The notes below the pieces were generated by a model. That model did not search any database. It saw only the letters and a list, made by a program, of their open reading frames with translations, and was not told the DNA's origin. Below are positions 60,166-64,000 of a stretch of 64,000 nt of DNA, in pieces (positions within the stretch are counted from its first letter, which is position 1; each line of letters begins with the position of its first letter). This stretch comes from Giardia intestinalis (lineage: Eukaryota), in the NCBI GenBank assembly GCA_000002435.2, contig CM018789.1, one strand, 5' to 3'. The position numbers and the translations under genes were made by a program.

Positions 60166-63100
60166 TCATCGTCTTGGAAATCCATGTCCGACTCCTCTAA
60201 CACCTCGCCTAGGTACTCGACTACCGAGGTCACTAAGTCAAACATAGCGCGATTCTTGCGAGTGGAAAAGACATTATGCTCGATCATGCTCCCTAGTAAA
60301 TGGCTTGCAATTTCCGCTGCTGTTCTATTCTCCCACGGAAGCGACATCATTGCATCTAGGGTTTTCTTCATGCCATCATCAAGAGGCTTCATTCCATGCT
60401 TGCCAGAAAACGCCTTGTTATCTGCTAATGCTACGAGAGATGCGCACGATACTTCTTTCAGATTATAGCACAGACGCAGCATCTCCAGGGACGCGTCTTT
60501 TGGAATAACATAGTCCCTAATGTCCTTCATACGCTCAACAAAGTGCTTCAATTCGCCGTGCTCATACGTCTCAAACCGCACTAGATAGTTGCAGATTATT
60601 TGAACAGCATTGGCGAGGATGTGAGATTCTTCTGGATTGGTAAAATAGTTCTTAAGCGTCAGCGCATAATGAAGAAGGTTTCCGATTTGCTTCTCGCTAT
60701 AGTATGGGCTTTTTGGAAATGCTCCAGTATCGTGGACTATAATTGCGATCACACCCATTAGATATGCAATCCTATATCCAGACGTAGCCTTAAGGTCATT
60801 GGCTGTATACTCTACTGAACTTATGGTCGTGCTATAAATGGCGTCCATAACTTCACAACCATCACGGTATGCGTCAGTGACGAGCTCAAGAAGGGCGATG
60901 TAGAAGCGATCAGACACAACCCCTACTGGTGCATAATTACGTTCGAGAGGGTCGGCGGGCCTTGATATTGCCAAAGACGTGTCAGCTGTTGGTCCAGAGG
61001 ACTCTTCTGGCGGAAGGTTCTCTATGGAAGCGAGAGCCGAAATAATTCTAAATATATTCTGTGCCTTTTTCATGATGGCTTGTGACTTCTTCTTCTTTGA
61101 ATCAGTAACATCTGAGGTGATCTCCATGGCGATGACAGCGTAGCTCGTTATGACGCACTCCTGTGCTTTCTCCTTCAGAGGAGCCAGTTGTGCGGCAAAG
61201 AAGGGCGCTATTTTCTTACAAATGATGCTTGCCTGCGACAGATCAAGTACATCCTTCCGCTCAGGATATCTATCCAAGTCATGGTTACCCGACAGGCGTA
61301 GATTGACGGCAGCAAGGTAAAGCAAATCATCTGTCGCTTGTTCAATATTAACGGATGCAATGATTGTTAGCAAGTACGCGACCACGACCGCCAAAGGAAG
61401 CGAGACAAAGGTCTCCTTTGGACTATGGATGTAGAGGTCATAGGTTGTAGTCTTGAGCTGATCTGCATTCAGTTTTAGTATACTCCAAAGAATAGTCGAA
61501 TAATCGTAAATCTCTCCTAGTTTGTCGACGATGCAAACCATCCACCCAACGATTACAGCAAGGCGGCGCTCCCCACTGGTATAGCCTCTCTCGAGACTCT
61601 TGGAAAGCGCTGAGGCCATGTCCCACTCATGAGACACACCTAAAGCTTCCAGTAAAGAAGAGTATCGAGCGAACATCATTTGCACAAGACGAAGAAGTAA
61701 GGGCACGAGGACATTCATCACAAGGTAATCGCTGACTCCATCAGTGTGGTGAATTGAAACATAGAGTATTTCTAAAAGGGCGGACAAGTGGGTAATATCG
61801 GTTCGGCGGAAATAGTAATTAATCTCCTGCAACGAGAGGTTTTTGAATCGCTCCATTAGGGCACCTTTATCGCTTGATTTATTGCTACTGCTGGAGTCAC
61901 TATCCTCATCGCTACTATCGTCGGAACTAGCATGCTTCTCGTCACCACCTTTCTGATTATCTACAGCACCCACTTTTTCAAGCTGTGCAACTAGGTTGAC
62001 CTCCGGAATATTCAGCTCTCCAAGATTCTCCTTTTGAAAGAGAGGAAGGAGCATTTCCTCTGTGTCTTTATCCACGAGACTCTGCAAAAACCTCTCCAGA
62101 TGGCGTGATATGGAATTGGAATCATGATAATTCTTGCGAAAAGAAACCAGGGCATCTACTATGTTGCACCTATCAGGCAACAAAAGATCTATCTGATTGT
62201 CAGCAATTTCAACAGGACCGAACGCTGACAAAAGAGCATATGATAGCTTACAATGGGGTGCAGAAACAGCCTCGAAGCCTTTGAGCTCATCACGGATACG
62301 TGTGGTATATTCTGCAGATAGATTGCGAGAAACCTGCAACTTTCTCAACAGGTAGGTGAGATATATTTTTTTTTCCTCGTCTGTACCGTTCTTCAAATTG
62401 TGGTAGACGTCACTGAATACTTCACAATCTTCTACATCATTTATAAATGCTGACAAGGCTAAGGAGAACAAGCTCTTAGGTGTTGTAATCGAGAAAGACT
62501 CCGTGGCCTTAATATTAACGAGGTAAGTCTTAAGAGTCTCAGACAAAACAGAAGGTTCCAGAATCTCTGCCGTTGCGAGGTAAAGATTCCAAAGAAGTGG
62601 AAGGACGGCGGTAGAGCTTCCAGTGTAGAACAGACAAGAGGGGCTCTTTTTCATTGAAGTGCAGACAAATGCAAATCTATGCGCCACAGACGTTGTAATC
62701 GACCCTATCAGTGCCTCATCTGCATCCTCTACGGACAAGAATTTGCTTAGGAATTCTCTCTGTGCCGGCGAGAAACTGTACAGTAGGAGGGTCTTCCCGA
62801 TGGCGTCAGATATGCCAGTCTCTATGTCATTTGCTGAAGCTGTAGATAGCAATATCATGATACGCTGGATGCAAAAGGTCAAGCAGCAGGACGACACCTT
62901 GTTAAACGTGTAGGCTCCCAGGTCAGATGAATGCTTAGAATCTTCTGCAAACTGATAACAAGCAGCTAGTGTTTTAAAGAACGAAGTGCAAAGATCATTG
63001 AAGTGCTCCAGTGAGTTATTTTTGTTGTCTATCAATTCTCTGTGCAAATCCTCGGTTCTGATGTTTGTTAAACTAAAGATCTCAAAGAAAGACACAAGCG

Positions 63101-63998
63101 TCTCTAGTGTCTGCATCATAGACTCATGCTTGATGGGTAGGCACCCGCTTTTGGCCCCATTAGCCTCTTCCTTAGCAGCGGCCTGCTGAACAGCGGCCCC
63201 GGCGCCAGCCCAAAATGAAAGGATAACCTCTGTGCTGGCATTGCTGCCATCCGTGAGATTCTCCATCAAAAAAGAGAAGGCTCTACACGAAACATCATCA
63301 TCGTTTTCATCGTCGGACTCCTCATTGTCCTGAACAAATATATCTATGTTCCCTGTAAACAGGGCATACCCCAAGACAGAAGCAACCAAGGTGAGCATTT
63401 CTGTGCTCCTAAAGAAGTCTGCGCTTGCATATTGGAAGAGTTCTGATATAAACCTCAGCTTCTCGATGCTCATGGGGCTATCTGGAGCTAGTCTGGCACA
63501 ATCAAGTAGGTCGCGAGACCGTGCGTTCCCTAGTATCAGGCCCGGAAACATCCTGGTCTCTGGTATGTAAACGTGACCCATCGGTGCCGCAGGCATGCCA
63601 CTTTCTGCATAGCAGACAGAAAAGTAGTACGGAATAGTGCTCTTCACCTTTTCAGGATAACGAGGGACGTCAGAAGAGGTGGGATCATTCCAAACTTTCT
63701 GAAATGCCTCAGAGAAAACGTTAACAATCAGCTCAAACTCCGGATCCATGAGAAAAGGGGTGATCTCAAAGTACCCACAAAGAGTGGAAAGGAGTGAGAC
63801 AACGTCATAGGGGGAGGTCTCCGAAGGCATATTTTTAACGGCAAGAGACATCTTCTCCCCAATCGCTTGAATAGCTGTTTTAGTCTTCTTCTCCTTGTCA
63901 CTAGGTCTATCGGAATTATTGTTCTGAGACTCTGACTGTAGATACTGGAGAACTGCCTCGTGGGTTAAGTACGCATCCCGTGCATCTCTATAGTGCAA
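60159..63998 (-). CDS. Large hypothetical protein (at least 1279 aa); N-terminus may lie beyond the window end
   Basis: It is an uninterrupted ORF reaching the window edge. I recognised no motif, and its composition is alpha-helical repeat-like. Confidence 0.45.
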   Translation of the reverse strand: MHYRDARDAYLTHEAVLQYLQSESQNNNSDRPSDKEKKTKTAIQAIGEKMSLAVKNMPSETSPYDVVSLLSTLCGYFEITPFLMDPEFELIVNVFSEAFQKVWNDPTSSDVPRYPEKVKSTIPYYFSVCYAESGMPAAPMGHVYIPETRMFPGLILGNARSRDLLDCARLAPDSPMSIEKLRFISELFQYASADFFRSTEMLTLVASVLGYALFTGNIDIFVQDNEESDDENDDDVSCRAFSFLMENLTDGSNASTEVILSFWAGAGAAVQQAAAKEEANGAKSGCLPIKHESMMQTLETLVSFFEIFSLTNIRTEDLHRELIDNKNNSLEHFNDLCTSFFKTLAACYQFAEDSKHSSDLGAYTFNKVSSCCLTFCIQRIMILLSTASANDIETGISDAIGKTLLLYSFSPAQREFLSKFLSVEDADEALIGSITTSVAHRFAFVCTSMKKSPSCLFYTGSSTAVLPLLWNLYLATAEILEPSVLSETLKTYLVNIKATESFSITTPKSLFSLALSAFINDVEDCEVFSDVYHNLKNGTDEEKKIYLTYLLRKLQVSRNLSAEYTTRIRDELKGFEAVSAPHCKLSYALLSAFGPVEIADNQIDLLLPDRCNIVDALVSFRKNYHDSNSISRHLERFLQSLVDKDTEEMLLPLFQKENLGELNIPEVNLVAQLEKVGAVDNQKGGDEKHASSDDSSDEDSDSSSSNKSSDKGALMERFKNLSLQEINYYFRRTDITHLSALLEILYVSIHHTDGVSDYLVMNVLVPLLLRLVQMMFARYSSLLEALGVSHEWDMASALSKSLERGYTSGERRLAVIVGWMVCIVDKLGEIYDYSTILWSILKLNADQLKTTTYDLYIHSPKETFVSLPLAVVVAYLLTIIASVNIEQATDDLLYLAAVNLRLSGNHDLDRYPERKDVLDLSQASIICKKIAPFFAAQLAPLKEKAQECVITSYAVIAMEITSDVTDSKKKKSQAIMKKAQNIFRIISALASIENLPPEESSGPTADTSLAISRPADPLERNYAPVGVVSDRFYIALLELVTDAYRDGCEVMDAIYSTTISSVEYTANDLKATSGYRIAYLMGVIAIIVHDTGAFPKSPYYSEKQIGNLLHYALTLKNYFTNPEESHILANAVQIICNYLVRFETYEHGELKHFVERMKDIRDYVIPKDASLEMLRLCYNLKEVSCASLVALADNKAFSGKHGMKPLDDGMKKTLDAMMSLPWENRTAAEIASHLLGSMIEHNVFSTRKNRAMFDLVTSVVEYLGEVLEESDMDFQDDDY

Positions 63999-64000
63999 AA

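Noticed and set aside
1-64000. Prokaryotic features (CRISPR arrays, operons, sigma-70 promoters, phage or integron signatures).
   Set aside because: The gene content is eukaryotic (ribosomal P2, VPS13, Argonaute, NEK/ankyrin, OGT, DPM1, LRRC6). No short direct-repeat/spacer arrays are present.

Overview
The window reads as a compact, intron-poor protist nuclear region, most consistent with a Giardia-like diplomonad. The sequence itself supports this: genes sit back to back or overlap by a few bases on both strands, short AT-rich stretches lie directly before start codons, and the gene content fits. That content includes a ferredoxin-domain nitroreductase, a NEK kinase fused to ankyrin repeats, a CxxC-rich high-cysteine membrane protein, an Argonaute/PIWI protein and a 60S acidic ribosomal protein P2. 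It is not a prokaryotic defence locus: there is no CRISPR array, no rRNA and no tRNA that I can support.

Recognisable genes in the window are:
- prenyltransferase alpha subunit
- ZC3H15/TMA46-like CCCH zinc finger
- ribosomal protein P2
- high-cysteine membrane protein (HCMP)
- CK1-like pseudokinase
- NEK–ankyrin kinase
- Upf1-like SF1 helicase (1431 aa)
- VPS13-like giant protein (3274 aa)
- Fd-nitroreductase
- S9 peptidase
- Argonaute
- 900-aa coiled-coil protein
- LRRC6/TilB-like LRR–CS protein
- DPM1
- several large proteins I cannot classify

The unusual part is 10.8–22.0 kb. Two near-identical 2.46-kb GC-rich direct repeats (offset 8743 bp) bracket a 6.3-kb segment. A third, inverted and 5'-truncated copy lies at 57.6–59.1 kb. 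Inside the bracketed segment are, in order:
- the NEK kinase;
- a 1.1-kb non-coding element bounded by perfect 96-bp inverted repeats;
- an AT-rich, ORF-poor 2.6-kb stretch holding a stop-poor decayed frame;
- a 198-aa ORF matching the Schlafen/AlbA_2 motif (E-EFK … AFxNTxGGxLFxGxDD).

At 24.0–25.4 kb there is an O-GlcNAc-transferase C-terminal fragment interrupted by an in-frame TGA, probably a pseudogene. Product calls rest on motif-level recognition by eye, and no database searches were run.
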